Shown: positions 47,101 to 58,096, counted from the stretch's first letter. The stretch is 64,000 bases of DNA from an uncultured Gemmatimonadaceae bacterium (GCA_963716745.1 OY970320.1:1824001-1888000), one strand, 5' to 3'. Translations and numbers: made by a program. The notes: generated by a model not told the origin, from the sequence alone.

Positions 47101-49209
47101 TTATTTCAATGCCGCGGTCGCCTCGTTCACCGCCTGCGCGGCCGCATCGAAGCGCGACGCGAGATCGGCGATCTCCCGCATCGTGAGCGCCTTGTCGCCA
47201 GTGCGCATCGCTTCGCCCACTGAGGGGAAGACCATGTCGGCGTATCCGTTGTCCTCGTCCGCAGCATAGATGAGGTTGCGGAACCATGGACGCGTGCGAA
47301 GACCTTCGGGCCGCAGCAGGGCACGCTCGACTCTCATGAGCGCCGCATTCGTCTTGGCGGCCATCTCCTTGGACACGGGACCGCGCGCCAGCTGCCCATC
47401 CCGGGCCGCCGCGAACGCTGTTGCCGCCGCGCCGAGCCGCGCGATCAATGCACTGAGCGCGGTGTCGCCCTGGTACCAGCCCTTCTTCTTCAGGGCGCTG
47501 TCCATGGGCGGCAGGTATTTCTTCATCGTGCTCGCGTACTCCTGGTAGTCGTACGGCAGGATCTCCGCGTTCGCGAGCCGCCACATCATCATCGCGCCGA
47601 CCTTGGCCGCCGCGGCGTGGTACTGGTACGACGTGTCCCCGAACGTCGCCATCCAGTGGTACGAGTCGTATAGCGAGTGATACACGCCGCCCGCGCCGCC
47701 GAATCCCCACTCCGCCATCGGGACACCGATGTGATTGTAGAATCCGGCGTAATCCGATCCGCCGCCCGGATCGCCCATCGGCGGCTGCGCGCTGTCCGCG
47801 ACGCGCGCCTGCTTGCGCCACACTTCGTAGACCGTGCCTTTCCCGCTCGGGTCCTGGATGTGCGCCATCACATCGCGGATCATCGGACGCAGCGATGGCG
47901 ACCCGCCGCCGCCGATGCGCGGGCCGGACGCCGGAGAGTCCTGATTGAGATACGCGATGCCGCCGCGGATCAGCCGGAGTGAATCCTCCTCGACGTATTC
48001 CGTGGAACCGAGCAGCCCCCACTCTTCAGCGTCCCAGGTCGCGAAGATCATCGTGCGCTTCGGCTTCCGCCCGGCTTTCACTTCCGCCATCACAGCGCGT
48101 GCCGACTCCAGCACGCTCACCGTGCCGCTCACGTTGTCGTTCGCGCCAGGACCCCACGCATCGCGGTGCCCGCCGACCATCACGATCTGGTCGGGCAACT
48201 CCGTGCCGCGCACGATGCCGAACGTGTCCCAGATCTTCTTATACGCCGCCGTCGCGCTGTCCGAGTGCACGATCATGTGCGCGGCCACGGGGCCGGGGCC
48301 GGCGTGATAACGGAACGCCAGGCCGCCCTGCCAGCCCTGAGGAATGCTCGCACCTTTGAGTCCGCGCAGCAGCTGCGTCGCGTTTCCATAGGACATCGGG
48401 ATCACGGGGATGTGCGGCACCGCCATCTTGTCGAGCGCGATGCGCTGTGCGCCGGCCTTGCTTGCGTAGCCCGGCGTGCTCGGATCGCCGTCATCGTTCA
48501 TCACACTGCCGCGCTGCACGCCCTGCGACGGCCGCATCGGTCCCGCGGGATACACATCGCCGCGCGCGAAGCCATCGTCGGCCGGATCGCTGTAGATGAT
48601 GAGCCCGAGCGCGCCGCGTTTCTCGGCCTCGCGCGCCTTGATGCCGCGATAGGAACGGCCGTAGCGCGCGATCGCGATCTTCCCCTTCACCGACACGCCC
48701 ATCGAATCGAGCTGCGCGTAGTCCTCGATGAGCCCGTAGTTCACGTACACGACCTGCCCGCTCACGTCGCCCGTGCCGCTGTATCCGTTCGCGATCACCG
48801 CTTCCGTCTCGTTCCACGACGTCGTGTCCTGCGGCACCGGACCTTCGGCGAGGTTCAGCGCGACCGTATCGGGCGAGATGCGCCACACCTGGATCGTCGT
48901 GGTGTGCGGCATCCACACCACGTACTCGCGCACTTCCGTCTCCATGCCCCACGATTTCATGGCGGCGATCACATAGTCGCGCGTCCACGCCTGCGCCGGC
49001 GTGCCGGCGATGTGTATCTGATGGGACAACGCGCGCGATTCCGCGCGAGCGGTGTCGGCCGACATGCGCGCCGCGGTGTTCGCCTCGAGCGTGCGCTCCG
49101 ACGCGGATGCGGCGGCGCCGTAGCCAGGCAGCGACGGTTCTTGCGCAGAGATGGCGAACGCCGGCAGCAGGAGGGCGAACGCGGCGACACGAACGGAATC
49201 TCGGATCAT
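47101..49209 (-). CDS. M28B glutamate carboxypeptidase II-like peptidase (PA and TfR-dimerisation domains)
   Basis: VYVNYG, VQRGS, GGHRDAW, DNVSG, WDAEEWGLLGSTE, GGGSD, YHSLYD. Confidence 0.92.
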   Translation of the reverse strand: MIRDSVRVAAFALLLPAFAISAQEPSLPGYGAAASASERTLEANTAARMSADTARAESRALSHQIHIAGTPAQAWTRDYVIAAMKSWGMETEVREYVVWMPHTTTIQVWRISPDTVALNLAEGPVPQDTTSWNETEAVIANGYSGTGDVSGQVVYVNYGLIEDYAQLDSMGVSVKGKIAIARYGRSYRGIKAREAEKRGALGLIIYSDPADDGFARGDVYPAGPMRPSQGVQRGSVMNDDGDPSTPGYASKAGAQRIALDKMAVPHIPVIPMSYGNATQLLRGLKGASIPQGWQGGLAFRYHAGPGPVAAHMIVHSDSATAAYKKIWDTFGIVRGTELPDQIVMVGGHRDAWGPGANDNVSGTVSVLESARAVMAEVKAGRKPKRTMIFATWDAEEWGLLGSTEYVEEDSLRLIRGGIAYLNQDSPASGPRIGGGGSPSLRPMIRDVMAHIQDPSGKGTVYEVWRKQARVADSAQPPMGDPGGGSDYAGFYNHIGVPMAEWGFGGAGGVYHSLYDSYHWMATFGDTSYQYHAAAAKVGAMMMWRLANAEILPYDYQEYASTMKKYLPPMDSALKKKGWYQGDTALSALIARLGAAATAFAAARDGQLARGPVSKEMAAKTNAALMRVERALLRPEGLRTRPWFRNLIYAADEDNGYADMVFPSVGEAMRTGDKALTMREIADLASRFDAAAQAVNEATAALK

Positions 49210-49255
49210 TCGACGGGGGGCTGGAAGTGTGTCGTGCAGGAGGATCGCGATCGGT

Positions 49256-49876
49256 TCACTTGTCATCATACTCGAGCAGCAGCGCCTGGAGTGCCGCGCG
49301 AAGGCGGTTCTCGCGCTCGGGCCCTTCAGGAATGCCCGCCGCGATGAGGGAGAATTGCTCCACCATCTCGCGTTCCACGAAGCGCGCGGTGTCCTGCGCG
49401 CCGAGATGTTCGAGCGCGCGCTGCGCCACGCGTCGTAGCAGCGCGCGGGTGGACGGATCGAGCGCGCGCAGGTTCTCTGGATCCGCCGCCGGTGGTGGGA
49501 GCTCGGGCTCGCGACGGCGCCGCCCGGCCTCTCGCAGCGCGCTGAGCGGCGCCGGCGTGACCACGAAGGAACCGGGCGTATGCTCCTTCACCGCGGAGAT
49601 CACGCCGCGGCGGCGCAGCGACGCGAACAGTCGCACGACCGCCTCGCGCACCACCGCGATGCCGCCGTCGCTCTGGTTGCCGCGACCTGTGATGATGAGG
49701 AGCTCGCCGGCGCGGCTCGCCTGGCGCTCGCGGATCCACGACTCGGCGCGCCCGACCGCTTCGCGCGCGGTCGGGAGCGTGTTCCGCAGATTGAGCGTCT
49801 TCGCCGGGCCGAATCGCGCCTCGTCGAACGCGCTGTGCAGCGCTTGTGGGCCGGAGATGCGCGCCACGATCATCAC
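49256..49876 (-). CDS. Stand-alone Smr/MutS2-domain protein
   Basis: TLNLR..EAV..LIITGRG..NQS..PGSFVV. Confidence 0.7.
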   Translation of the reverse strand: MMIVARISGPQALHSAFDEARFGPAKTLNLRNTLPTAREAVGRAESWIRERQASRAGELLIITGRGNQSDGGIAVVREAVVRLFASLRRRGVISAVKEHTPGSFVVTPAPLSALREAGRRRREPELPPPAADPENLRALDPSTRALLRRVAQRALEHLGAQDTARFVEREMVEQFSLIAAGIPEGPERENRLRAALQALLLEYDDK

Positions 49877-49880
49877 GCCA

Positions 49881-51479
49881 TCACTTCAGCGCGTTCCAGA
49901 GGATCGTCCCGTCGACATGTTCGGTCGGCAACGTCGCGGTCACCCACGCCAGCGTCGGCGCCAGGTCCTCGGCGAGCACCGGCATCGTGTAGCGGCCGGC
50001 CTTGAACGGCGCACCCCACATCACGACCGGTACGTTGTTGTCGTAGTCGTAGGGCGAACCGTGAATGCCCGGCGCGTAGGTGCCCCACACCGAGAACTCC
50101 TTGAGCGTCACCACCAATTCCACCGGGAAATCGGCCGGTAAGGTGTGGTACCACCGACGAGCGATCGGATCCTTCAACGTGTCCTTCGCGAGATCGGCCA
50201 CGCGCATCACGCTCGCCACACCGGGCGTCGCCCGCACTTGCGCGGCGAACGCGTTCACGAGCGAATCCACGTTCACGTGCGCGCGGAGGAGCGGCTCACG
50301 ATTCACGAACAGCATCGCATCCTCGAACCAGAAGTCGGTCGAGTCACCGCCCAGCGCAGACACCGCCGCCTGGAATCGCTGCCCGATCGCGGCGAGGTTG
50401 AGCCGCTGCGCCGGCTTGTGCGTCCGGGCCGCGTACTCCTCGGGGAGCGGGGCGACGCCGTGGTCGGCAATGAGCGAGATGACGACGTGCGTCGAATCGC
50501 GCACCGCGAACACCGAATCGAAGAACGCGCCGAGTTCACGGTCGAGCCGAAGGATCTGGTCGTGCATCTCCCGCGAATCGGGGCCGTAGCGGTGACCGAT
50601 CGCGTCCGTCGTGGAAAGTGAGATCGCCAGCACATCGGTGGCGTCGCCCGCGCCAATGTTCATCGCTTTCATTCCGGCGAGCGCCACCTGCAGCGTCACC
50701 GCGTCCATGAACGGCGAATCCGCGAAGCTTCGCAGCGCCGTGGCCGTGTCCTTCGAGAGCGGGTGCGGGAACATGAAATCGGTTCCGAAGTTCTCCCACA
50801 CCACGCTGTCCTTCTCGGGATAGGCGCTGTCGGGCAGCAGCAGCGTCCACACGCTGCCGGCGTAGCTCGCGGGGATGCGTCTCGCATTGAACGTTCGGAT
50901 CCAGGTTGGCAGCGTGTCGGCGTAGTACGTGCTCGTCGAGAAGTTGCCGCTCGCCGGATCGTACCAGAACGCGCTCTGGTGCGTGCGGCCCAGCGGGAAG
51001 ATCGCGCCGCGATCCTTCCGCGAGACCGAGAGCGCGCGCGTCCGCGGGTCCTTGATCCGGAGCCACTCGGTGAGTCCGCCGCCGCGGAACCGGAACGGCG
51101 ATGCGAACATGGTGGTGCTTCCGATCACGGGCGCCTGGGGATCGAACGCACCCAGTGAGTTGCTCACGATGCCCGTGCTGCGCGGGAATCGCCCCGACAT
51201 CCCCACCGAGTGCCCGGGCGCGGTCTCGGTCGCTTCGTAGTCGAGCATCGCGTTCGTGAAGAACGCGCCGTTCTTCGCGAGACGGCCGAGCCCGCCGGTC
51301 AACTGCGGCCCGAAGCGCGTCAGATAGTCGGCGCGCATCTGGTCCACGGTGAGGAAGATCACGAGCGTCGGCACCTGCTTCTTCGGCGGCAGCGGGCGCG
51401 CCGCGGGGTGCGCGGCGGCCTGCGCCGCGAGCGACGCAGCGCCAGTGAGGCTGAGCAAGGCGATCGAGAGACGGCGCAT
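49881..51479 (-). CDS. Alkaline phosphatase / PafA-like phosphodiesterase family
   Basis: VDQMRADYL, TETAPGH, SRKDRGAI, DAIGHRYGPDS, ADHG, HGSPYDYD. Confidence 0.9.
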   Translation of the reverse strand: MRRLSIALLSLTGAASLAAQAAAHPAARPLPPKKQVPTLVIFLTVDQMRADYLTRFGPQLTGGLGRLAKNGAFFTNAMLDYEATETAPGHSVGMSGRFPRSTGIVSNSLGAFDPQAPVIGSTTMFASPFRFRGGGLTEWLRIKDPRTRALSVSRKDRGAIFPLGRTHQSAFWYDPASGNFSTSTYYADTLPTWIRTFNARRIPASYAGSVWTLLLPDSAYPEKDSVVWENFGTDFMFPHPLSKDTATALRSFADSPFMDAVTLQVALAGMKAMNIGAGDATDVLAISLSTTDAIGHRYGPDSREMHDQILRLDRELGAFFDSVFAVRDSTHVVISLIADHGVAPLPEEYAARTHKPAQRLNLAAIGQRFQAAVSALGGDSTDFWFEDAMLFVNREPLLRAHVNVDSLVNAFAAQVRATPGVASVMRVADLAKDTLKDPIARRWYHTLPADFPVELVVTLKEFSVWGTYAPGIHGSPYDYDNNVPVVMWGAPFKAGRYTMPVLAEDLAPTLAWVTATLPTEHVDGTILWNALK

Positions 51480-51514
51480 GGGAATATCCGGAAGAAGTCG
51501 CTGTGTCATTCGCA

Positions 51515-53298
51515 TCATTTCGGGAGCAACTCGGCGCGCCCGTACAGCGCGCCGCCCTTCATCACCATCACGACCAGCTTCGCGTTGCCGATGTCCGCGG
51601 TGGGATCGGCCGACCAGACTACGAGGTCCGCGGCGCGTTTCGCATCGAGCAGGCCGAGCTCGCTGTCGCGCCCCATCGCCCGCGCCGCGACGATCGTCGC
51701 CGATGCGAACACCTCCGCCGCCGGCATTCCCGCCGCCTGCAATGCTTCCATCTCACGATACACGCTGGGACCGGGCGCGGTGCCGGGGTTCCCGGCATCC
51801 GTGCCCATCGCGATCGGTATGCCGGCAGTACGCATGCGTGCCACGTTCCGTTCGGTGGCGTGGAACGCGCTGTCGAAGCGGCCCGTCGCTTTCATGCGAG
51901 CCAGCCGTGCGGCGCGCAACGAATCTGGCAGTGGCGTCTCGAGATGCGCGCGCGTTACGGCGTCGACGCACGCCAGCGGGTAGCGCGCTGCCGGCGACCG
52001 GCCGGCGTACACGTCCGCATACCCTTCGAAGACCGTGAGCGTCGGGATCACGATCGTGCCGTTCGCCTTCGCGAGCGCCAGGAACTCGTCGTCAATGTCC
52101 TCCGGCGCCACGCTGTGCACGAGCACTCTCACGCCGGCATGGAGCGCGTCCTTCGCATTCGCGAGCTGCGTGGCATGCACGAGCAATGGCAGCCCGGCGC
52201 GCTTCGCTTCTTCGCCGGCGACCATCAGCCGCGCGCGCATCACCGCTCTCTGCGAGTCGGGGACCTGGAGATACCACACCTTGATCGCACTCGCGCCATC
52301 GCGCGCGAGCGCGCGCACGCCCGCGCGCACCGCCGAATCGCTGCTCATGTAAATGAACTGCTTCTCCACCGCCGTGTTCACCCACGAGTCGTACGTCGTG
52401 AGCAGCGGACCGGCGGCCGACATCCGCGGAGCGTTCAATGCGGATTCATGATCGCGCGCCATCGTCAGCGTCCACGGATAGCCGCCGACATCGAACACGC
52501 TCGTCACGCCGCTGCAGAGGTACGCGCGATCGAACTTCGACGGATCGTGATGGAGCGCCGCGACCACGGAGTCGTACGGGAACTGCGAGCGCAGGTCGAG
52601 CGCGTCGGGACGGCCGTCCACCCACCCCGTTTGTGAATAGTGCACGTGCGCGTCGATCAATCCCGGGCCGATATACTTTCCGCGCACATCGATCGTCTCC
52701 ACTCCCGCTGGAACGGGGCAGTCCGCACGCGCGCCTGCGCACACGATGCGCCCGCCCGCGCACGACCACCGTCGCGTTCGGCACCGCAGGCCGGCGCGGA
52801 TTCACGAGCGTTGCGCCCACCAGCGCGACCGGCGGCGGCAATGCACCGGCTGACAGTCCGAATGCCGTGCTCACCGCGATCTTCCAGCCTTTCGGCGGTC
52901 TTCACGAAGATGCGCTCCGAGATCCCTTCGATCGTCGGGCCGTTGTGCACTACCTGGCGGTAGTGGTACGTGCCGTAGACCACGCCCGGTGCGATCGGCA
53001 CCATGCGCAGATCGCGTGCGACCAGCGTGTCGGGCCACGTGTTGTCGCGGATCGCCGCCCAATCCTTGTATCCCTGCTCGAGCCCGCCCGTGCCGTTGCG
53101 CGCGAGCGTCTCGGTCTCGATGTAGTAGGACAGATATCGCGTGCGGTCGCGTTTGTGGATCGCGTCGATGTTCGCTTCGAACACTTTTCTCGCGCCCGCC
53201 GTGTCCGATTCGGCTTGGCCGGCGGCAACGGAGGACGAGACGAGCATCGCAGCGACGACCAACGCGGCGCCGGCGAGCGGCGCGCGGGAACGGCTCAT
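51515..53298 (-). CDS. Secreted amidohydrolase with N-terminal NTF2/SnoaL-like domain; two frameshifts (about 52891 and 52756)
   Basis: Three consecutive frames join as ..RIFVKTAE|GWKIAV..ALVGATLV..ATVVVR|GRIV..PGLIDAHVH..VHA..VH..GTDAG..ADLVV. Confidence 0.75.
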
Positions 53299-53371
53299 GC
53301 GGATCTCCGATTCGGGACGGAGAAATGTTGCACCCGCCCGCACCGAACGGCCAGTCACGCGCCGACAATAG

Positions 53372-53401
53372 AAAACGGCCCCGCCGCGAGGCGGGGCCGT
53401 T
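53372..53401 (-). terminator. Rho-independent terminator
   Basis: Minus strand AACGGCCCCGCC-loop-GGCGGGGCCGTTTT. Confidence 0.85.
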
Positions 53402-53423
53402 CGGACCGCGTCGTCGCGGCCGT

Positions 53424-53981
53424 CTAGAACATGATCCCGACGGTGATCGGGATATACTCCAGGCTCTTCTTCGATCCGTCGCTCTGCACCAGTCCATTCG
53501 ACACGTCGTTCCAGCGCGCTTCAATGAAGAGCATCGCGAGCTTCACGCCGACGCCCGCATTATAGCCGAAGCTGGATTGCGTACTCGTCACAGATGGTAG
53601 CGGCGGCGACGTCACGGAGACCTTCTGCTGCACGCCATAGTAGCCGACGCCGCCAATGAGGTACACCGGGCCGAGCATGTTCCATTGCACGTTGCCCGTG
53701 GCACTGTAGATCGTGAAATCGTTCTTCTCGGTGGCCGGGCCCGGCACCATGATCGACTTGCCGTTCATCAGCCCGTACGTCGCGTCGACGCGGAAGTGCA
53801 CTGGCACGACGGGCGCGCCGAAGCGCAGCGTGACACCGCCTAGCCAGCCGTTGTTCGCGTAGTCCTTGAGCGTGCTGTTGGGGATAGAGTAGCCGCCCAT
53901 GATGCCGAAGCCGATCTGCGCGCCCGCCGGAGCGGCGAGCGTCACAATGGCGACCGCGGCGCCAAGAATGAACCGTTTCAT
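53424..53981 (-). CDS. Small outer-membrane beta-barrel protein
   Basis: GGAGG RBS, signal peptide, YLIGGVG, FGYNAGVG, terminal PITVGIMF. Confidence 0.85.
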   Translation of the reverse strand: MKRFILGAAVAIVTLAAPAGAQIGFGIMGGYSIPNSTLKDYANNGWLGGVTLRFGAPVVPVHFRVDATYGLMNGKSIMVPGPATEKNDFTIYSATGNVQWNMLGPVYLIGGVGYYGVQQKVSVTSPPLPSVTSTQSSFGYNAGVGVKLAMLFIEARWNDVSNGLVQSDGSKKSLEYIPITVGIMF

Positions 53982-54089
53982 GAGAAAGACCTCCGAATTG
54001 ACAGAGAGGATCCGCGGCGAACGGCCGCGGGCACTAATTGTTAGACGAATGATAGAGGGAGGACGCCACCAATGCCGTCCCGAACCGGT

Positions 54090-54587
54090 TCACGCGGCTT
54101 GCGCGAGCACGCTCGCGTCCAGCAGCCGGCGTACGCAGATCTCCGCGCAGCCGAAGCGCCGTGAACAACCCGCGCAGTCCCGCCGCACCTTCTCGGGGTA
54201 ATGCGCCCGGTCAATGATCGTGTACCCGGCCTTCTCGAAGAAGTTCGGCGTCAGTGTGAGCGCGAACAGTTCGGCAATGCCGCGCCGGCGCGCCAGCGAC
54301 TCAAGCCGCTCGACGATCGCCCGGCCCACGCCCAGGCCATGCGCCTCGCGTGCGACCGCCACCGACGCGACCTCCGCGAGCGAGGGCGAGTACTCCTTGA
54401 GCGCACCGCACGCGAGCACGCGACCGTCGGCTCCGCAGGCGACGGCGAAGTCATCGAGCGCGATGCGCACGGAATCGGCGGTGCGCGGCAGCATGATCTT
54501 CTCCGCCGCGAACGAATTCACGAGATCGACGATCGCCGCGACGTCATGCGGCTCCGCCATGCGGAACGTCACGCATTCGGCGCTCAC
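54090..54587 (-). CDS. argA: Short GNAT-type N-acetylglutamate synthase
   Basis: MLPR, LAEVASVAV, GLGVG, FALT, FFEKAGY, PEKVRRDCAGC; GTG overlapping argD stop. Confidence 0.75.
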   Translation of the reverse strand: MSAECVTFRMAEPHDVAAIVDLVNSFAAEKIMLPRTADSVRIALDDFAVACGADGRVLACGALKEYSPSLAEVASVAVAREAHGLGVGRAIVERLESLARRRGIAELFALTLTPNFFEKAGYTIIDRAHYPEKVRRDCAGCSRRFGCAEICVRRLLDASVLAQAA

Positions 54588-55799
54588 AGGGCACCCTCCA
54601 GGAGCGCGATCCCCCGTGCGAGCGCGGCGCGCGTCCGCCACGAGCGGCGGCAGGATCCGGATGGTGTAGTCGCCGGCGCCGCAGAGCAGCAAGCCGGCGT
54701 CGCGCGCGCGGGACACGATCGTGGAGGCTGGCTCCATAACGTCCACCCCCCACATGAATCCGGCGCCCCGCACCGCGCGGATGCGTCCGGTGCGCAGGGC
54801 CACCGCGCGCAGCGCCTCGCCCATCCACTCGCCATCCGAGCGCACGTGCGAGAGCAGCGCCGGATCGCTCAAGCGATCGAGCACATGATTCGCGACCGCC
54901 GCCACCGCCGGGCCGCCGCCGAATGTCGTCCCGTGATCGCCGGGCTTGATCGCCGCCGCGATCTCCGCCGACATGAGCACCGCGCCCATCGGGAATCCTC
55001 CCGCCAGCGGCTTCGCGAGCGTCATGAGATCGGGTGTGATCCCGGAACGCTCGTGGGCGAAGAGCCAGCCAGTGCGGCCCAGTCCGCATTGCACTTCGTC
55101 AAGGATCAGCGCGGCACCGTGCGCCACCGTCAGATCGCGGATCGCGTGAAGGAATTCCGGCTCCAGGACGCGCACGCCTCCCTCGCCCTGCACCGGCTCC
55201 GCGATCACCGCCGCGACATCGCCCCCCTCCAGCGCGCGCTCGAGTTCCTCCGGATCGCGCTCGATGATCCGCACGCCGCCGGCGAGCGGCGTGAACGGCG
55301 CGCGATATTCGGGCCGGTCGGTGGCGGCGAGCGACGCGAACAGCCGCCCGTGAAATCCGCCGCGCAGCGCGATGATGGTGTGCTTGGCCTCTCCGCCGGC
55401 CACGCGCGCCCACCGCCGCGCGAACTTGAACGCGCCCTCGTTCGCCTCCGCGCCGGAGTTGCAGAAGAAGACGCTCGCCGCGAACGATCGCGCCACCAAC
55501 GATTCGGCGAGCGCGCGCCCGGGGCCCGTGCGGAACAGATTCGACGTATGCACGATCCCGCTCGCCATCGCGTCGCACATCGCCGCCGCGATGCCAGCGT
55601 CGCCGTAGCCGAGCGCGTTCACGCCGATCCCGCTCGTGAAGTCGAGATAGGCGCGCCCCGCGTCGTCGAACAGCTCGACCCCCGCGCCGCGCACGAACTC
55701 GATCGGCGGGCGCCGGTAGATCCCGAGCAGCGGTTCGATGGCCGTCGTCTCCGGCGCGACCGGCGGCAGCACGTTCTCCATCATTGGGAGCGCGCTCAC
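54584..55799 (-). CDS. argD: Acetylornithine aminotransferase; frameshift near 54635
   Basis: YLDFTSGIGVNALG, NSGAEANE, FHGR, EPVQGEGG, DEVQCGLGRTG, LAKPLAGG, HGTTFGG. Confidence 0.9.
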
Positions 55800-56557
55800 G
55801 CGGCCGCCCGCGCGCGGGTCACCAGCGTACCGTCCGCCTCATCGAGCAGCGAGCCAATGCCGCCGATCCGGACGCGGCGGACGCCGCCCGTGAGCGCGCG
55901 CGAGGCGGCCTCGAGTTTGGCCACCATGCCGCCGCTCGCGGTGCCATCCGCGATGGCGCGCATCGCATCCGCGGCCGCCAATTCCGCGACGCGTGCACCG
56001 CGAACGACCACGCCATCCACGTCGCTCACGAAGAGCAGTTCCACCGCGCCGACCGCCGCCGCGATGATGGCGGCCGCATCGTCGCCATTCACGTTGAGCG
56101 GCGCGCCTTCGGCGTGCCCTGTCTCCCGCGCCACAGGTGAGATCACCGGCACGTATCCGCCGCTCACGAGATGGCGCAGCAGCTCGGCGTTCACGGTCTC
56201 CGGCGCGCCGACGCGGCCGAGCAGCGCCGCGGCGGCTACGCGCGCGCCGATCAGCGCGCCGTCCTCGCCGGAGATCCCCACCGCGTTGACGCCGGCCGAG
56301 ATGAGCCGCGCGACCAGCCGTTTGTTCGCCGAGCCGGAGAGCGCCATGCGGACGAGCTCGACGTCGGCGGCGGTCGTCACGCGCCGGCCGCCGATGAAGG
56401 CCGGCTCGGCGCCCATCGCGCGCTGGAGCGCGCTCACCGTGCCGCCGCCGCCGTGTACAATGCACACCGCGCCCGCCGATCGCGCGCACGCCACCGCGAG
56501 CGCCTCCGGGAGGCGCGGATCATCCTGCGCAGTCCCGCCGACCTTGATGACGCGCAT
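55796..56557 (-). CDS. argB: Acetylglutamate kinase
   Basis: MRVIKVGG, VHGGG, GRRVT, LNVNGD, SDVDGV, GGMVAKL; TGATG coupling. Confidence 0.92.
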   Translation of the reverse strand: MRVIKVGGTAQDDPRLPEALAVACARSAGAVCIVHGGGGTVSALQRAMGAEPAFIGGRRVTTAADVELVRMALSGSANKRLVARLISAGVNAVGISGEDGALIGARVAAAALLGRVGAPETVNAELLRHLVSGGYVPVISPVARETGHAEGAPLNVNGDDAAAIIAAAVGAVELLFVSDVDGVVVRGARVAELAAADAMRAIADGTASGGMVAKLEAASRALTGGVRRVRIGGIGSLLDEADGTLVTRARAAA

Positions 56558-57525
56558 CAGGACGGGAGTCCCATCGTCTCTTCGAGTCCCAGCAGCAGGT
56601 TCGCATTCTGCATCGCCTGCCCGGCCGCGCCCTTCATGAGGTTGTCGATCGCCGCCACCACCTGCAGCATCGGCTGCCGCACGCCGGCCACCGGGCGCGC
56701 GGTCACGCGCATGACGTTCCGGCGCACGACCTCGCGCAGCGACGGCGCCTCGCTCGTGACCTCGATGAACGGTTCGTTCGCGTACTGCTCGCGCCAAGGC
56801 GCGAGCGCATCCGCCGGCACATGCGTCACCGGCACGAGGATCGTCGCCAGGATCCCGCGCGCGACGGGAAGCAGATGCGGCGTGAACACGAGGTCCGCGT
56901 CGCTGCCGAACGATGCGAGCACCGCCCGCATCTCGGCCGTGTGCCGGTGCGAGTTCCCCAGCGCGTACGCACGGAAGTCCTCCGCCACCTCGGCGAATAG
57001 CAGGTCGCGGCGCGGTGTGAATCCAGCGCCGGTGACGCCGCTCGCGGCGTTGATCGTGATCACCGCGCCGGGCGCGATGAGTCCCCGCGCCGCGAGCGGC
57101 ACGAGCGCGAGCAGCGCCGCCGTCGCGTAGCAACCGGGGTTCGCCACCACGTCGGCACCGCGGACATCGTCGCGGCGGACTTCGGTGAGGCCATACGGCA
57201 CGTGGCGCCCGGAGAACGCATCCGCGCCGGGCCGGAGATCCGATGAGAGGTCCACGACCTTCGCGCCGGCCTCATTCGCGGCGCCCACCCACGCGGCCGA
57301 CTCGCCGTGCGGCAGCGCGCTGAAGATGAGCGCTGCCTCGGCGAGCGGCGCGTCCTCGGTCGCGGCGAGAGTGATCGAGCGGCCGCCCGCGTCCACGCGT
57401 TCACCGCGCCGCGTGTCGGCCGCGGCGAACGCGAGCGTCATCCGGGGATGGCGCCCGACGAGCGCGAGCAGCTCGCGGCCGGCGTATCCGCTGGCGCCCA
57501 GGATCCCAATCGGGACTTTATGCAT
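56557..57525 (-). CDS. argC: N-acetyl-gamma-glutamyl-phosphate reductase
   Basis: GASGYAG, ALPHG, DLSSDLR, ANPGCY, SGVTGAG, IDNLMKGAAGQA. Confidence 0.93.
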   Translation of the reverse strand: MHKVPIGILGASGYAGRELLALVGRHPRMTLAFAAADTRRGERVDAGGRSITLAATEDAPLAEAALIFSALPHGESAAWVGAANEAGAKVVDLSSDLRPGADAFSGRHVPYGLTEVRRDDVRGADVVANPGCYATAALLALVPLAARGLIAPGAVITINAASGVTGAGFTPRRDLLFAEVAEDFRAYALGNSHRHTAEMRAVLASFGSDADLVFTPHLLPVARGILATILVPVTHVPADALAPWREQYANEPFIEVTSEAPSLREVVRRNVMRVTARPVAGVRQPMLQVVAAIDNLMKGAAGQAMQNANLLLGLEETMGLPS

Positions 57526-57560
57526 TGGGAATGCATAAATTCCCATCAGCAGATTGTCAA
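57509..57560. promoter_or_regulatory. Tandem ARG boxes over argC promoter/start
   Basis: 18-bp boxes 57509-57526 and 57530-57547, 3-bp spacer (TTTATGCATT-GGG-AATGCATAAA); minus TTGACA 57555-57560. Confidence 0.7.
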
Positions 57561-57612
57561 TACGGCGGCCGGCGCCCTGGCCGACCGCTCCGCCGGCCGT
57601 TATGCTCCCCGC

Positions 57613-58071
57613 ATGGCGAACAAGCGCGAACGGCAGGCCGGCATCCGCGATCTCATCAGCTCGCGCGCGGTGGAGAGCCAGGAGGAGCTGCGGCGTCTCC
57701 TCAAGCAGCGCGGCTGGGCGGTCACGCAGTCCACCCTGTCGCGCGACCTGCGCGAGATGCGCGTTGCCCGGGTGCCCGCGCCGGGCGGCACGGTGCGCTA
57801 TGCCCTCACCGGCGCCACCACCGACGACCGTCCGCCCCTCGAGGCGCTCCTGCCGCACCTGTACACCGAGATCGGCGGCGTCGGCGAGATGGTCGTATTG
57901 CACACGCTGCCCGGCGGCGCGCAGCCGATCGGCGTCGCGCTCGATGCCGAGGAATGGCCGGAGGTCCTCGGCTCCGTCGCCGGCGACGACACCGTGCTCA
58001 TCATCTGCCGCTCCGCCGCGGCGCGCGAGCGGCTGACCCACCGCCTCCGTTCCATCGCCGGCGCGAGCTGA
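57613..58071 (+). CDS. argR: Arginine repressor
   Basis: SQEEL, TQSTLSRDLRE, TLPGGAQ, GSVAGDDT. Confidence 0.95.
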   Translation: MANKRERQAGIRDLISSRAVESQEELRRLLKQRGWAVTQSTLSRDLREMRVARVPAPGGTVRYALTGATTDDRPPLEALLPHLYTEIGGVGEMVVLHTLPGGAQPIGVALDAEEWPEVLGSVAGDDTVLIICRSAAARERLTHRLRSIAGAS

Positions 58072-58096
58072 GCGCCGGAGGCTGGCCGCGGGCCTC

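Noticed and set aside
54090..55799. Apparent ArgD-GNAT fusion (569 aa)
   Set aside because: One extra base near 54635 explains it; removal restores the ArgD C-terminus with a GTGA overlap onto a separate argA
54201..56639. 812-aa ORF antisense to argB/D/A, and similar long shadow ORFs (23950..25926, 3807..5315, 17196..18713)
   Set aside because: Arg/Ala/His-rich antisense translations with no motifs, opposite well-supported genes
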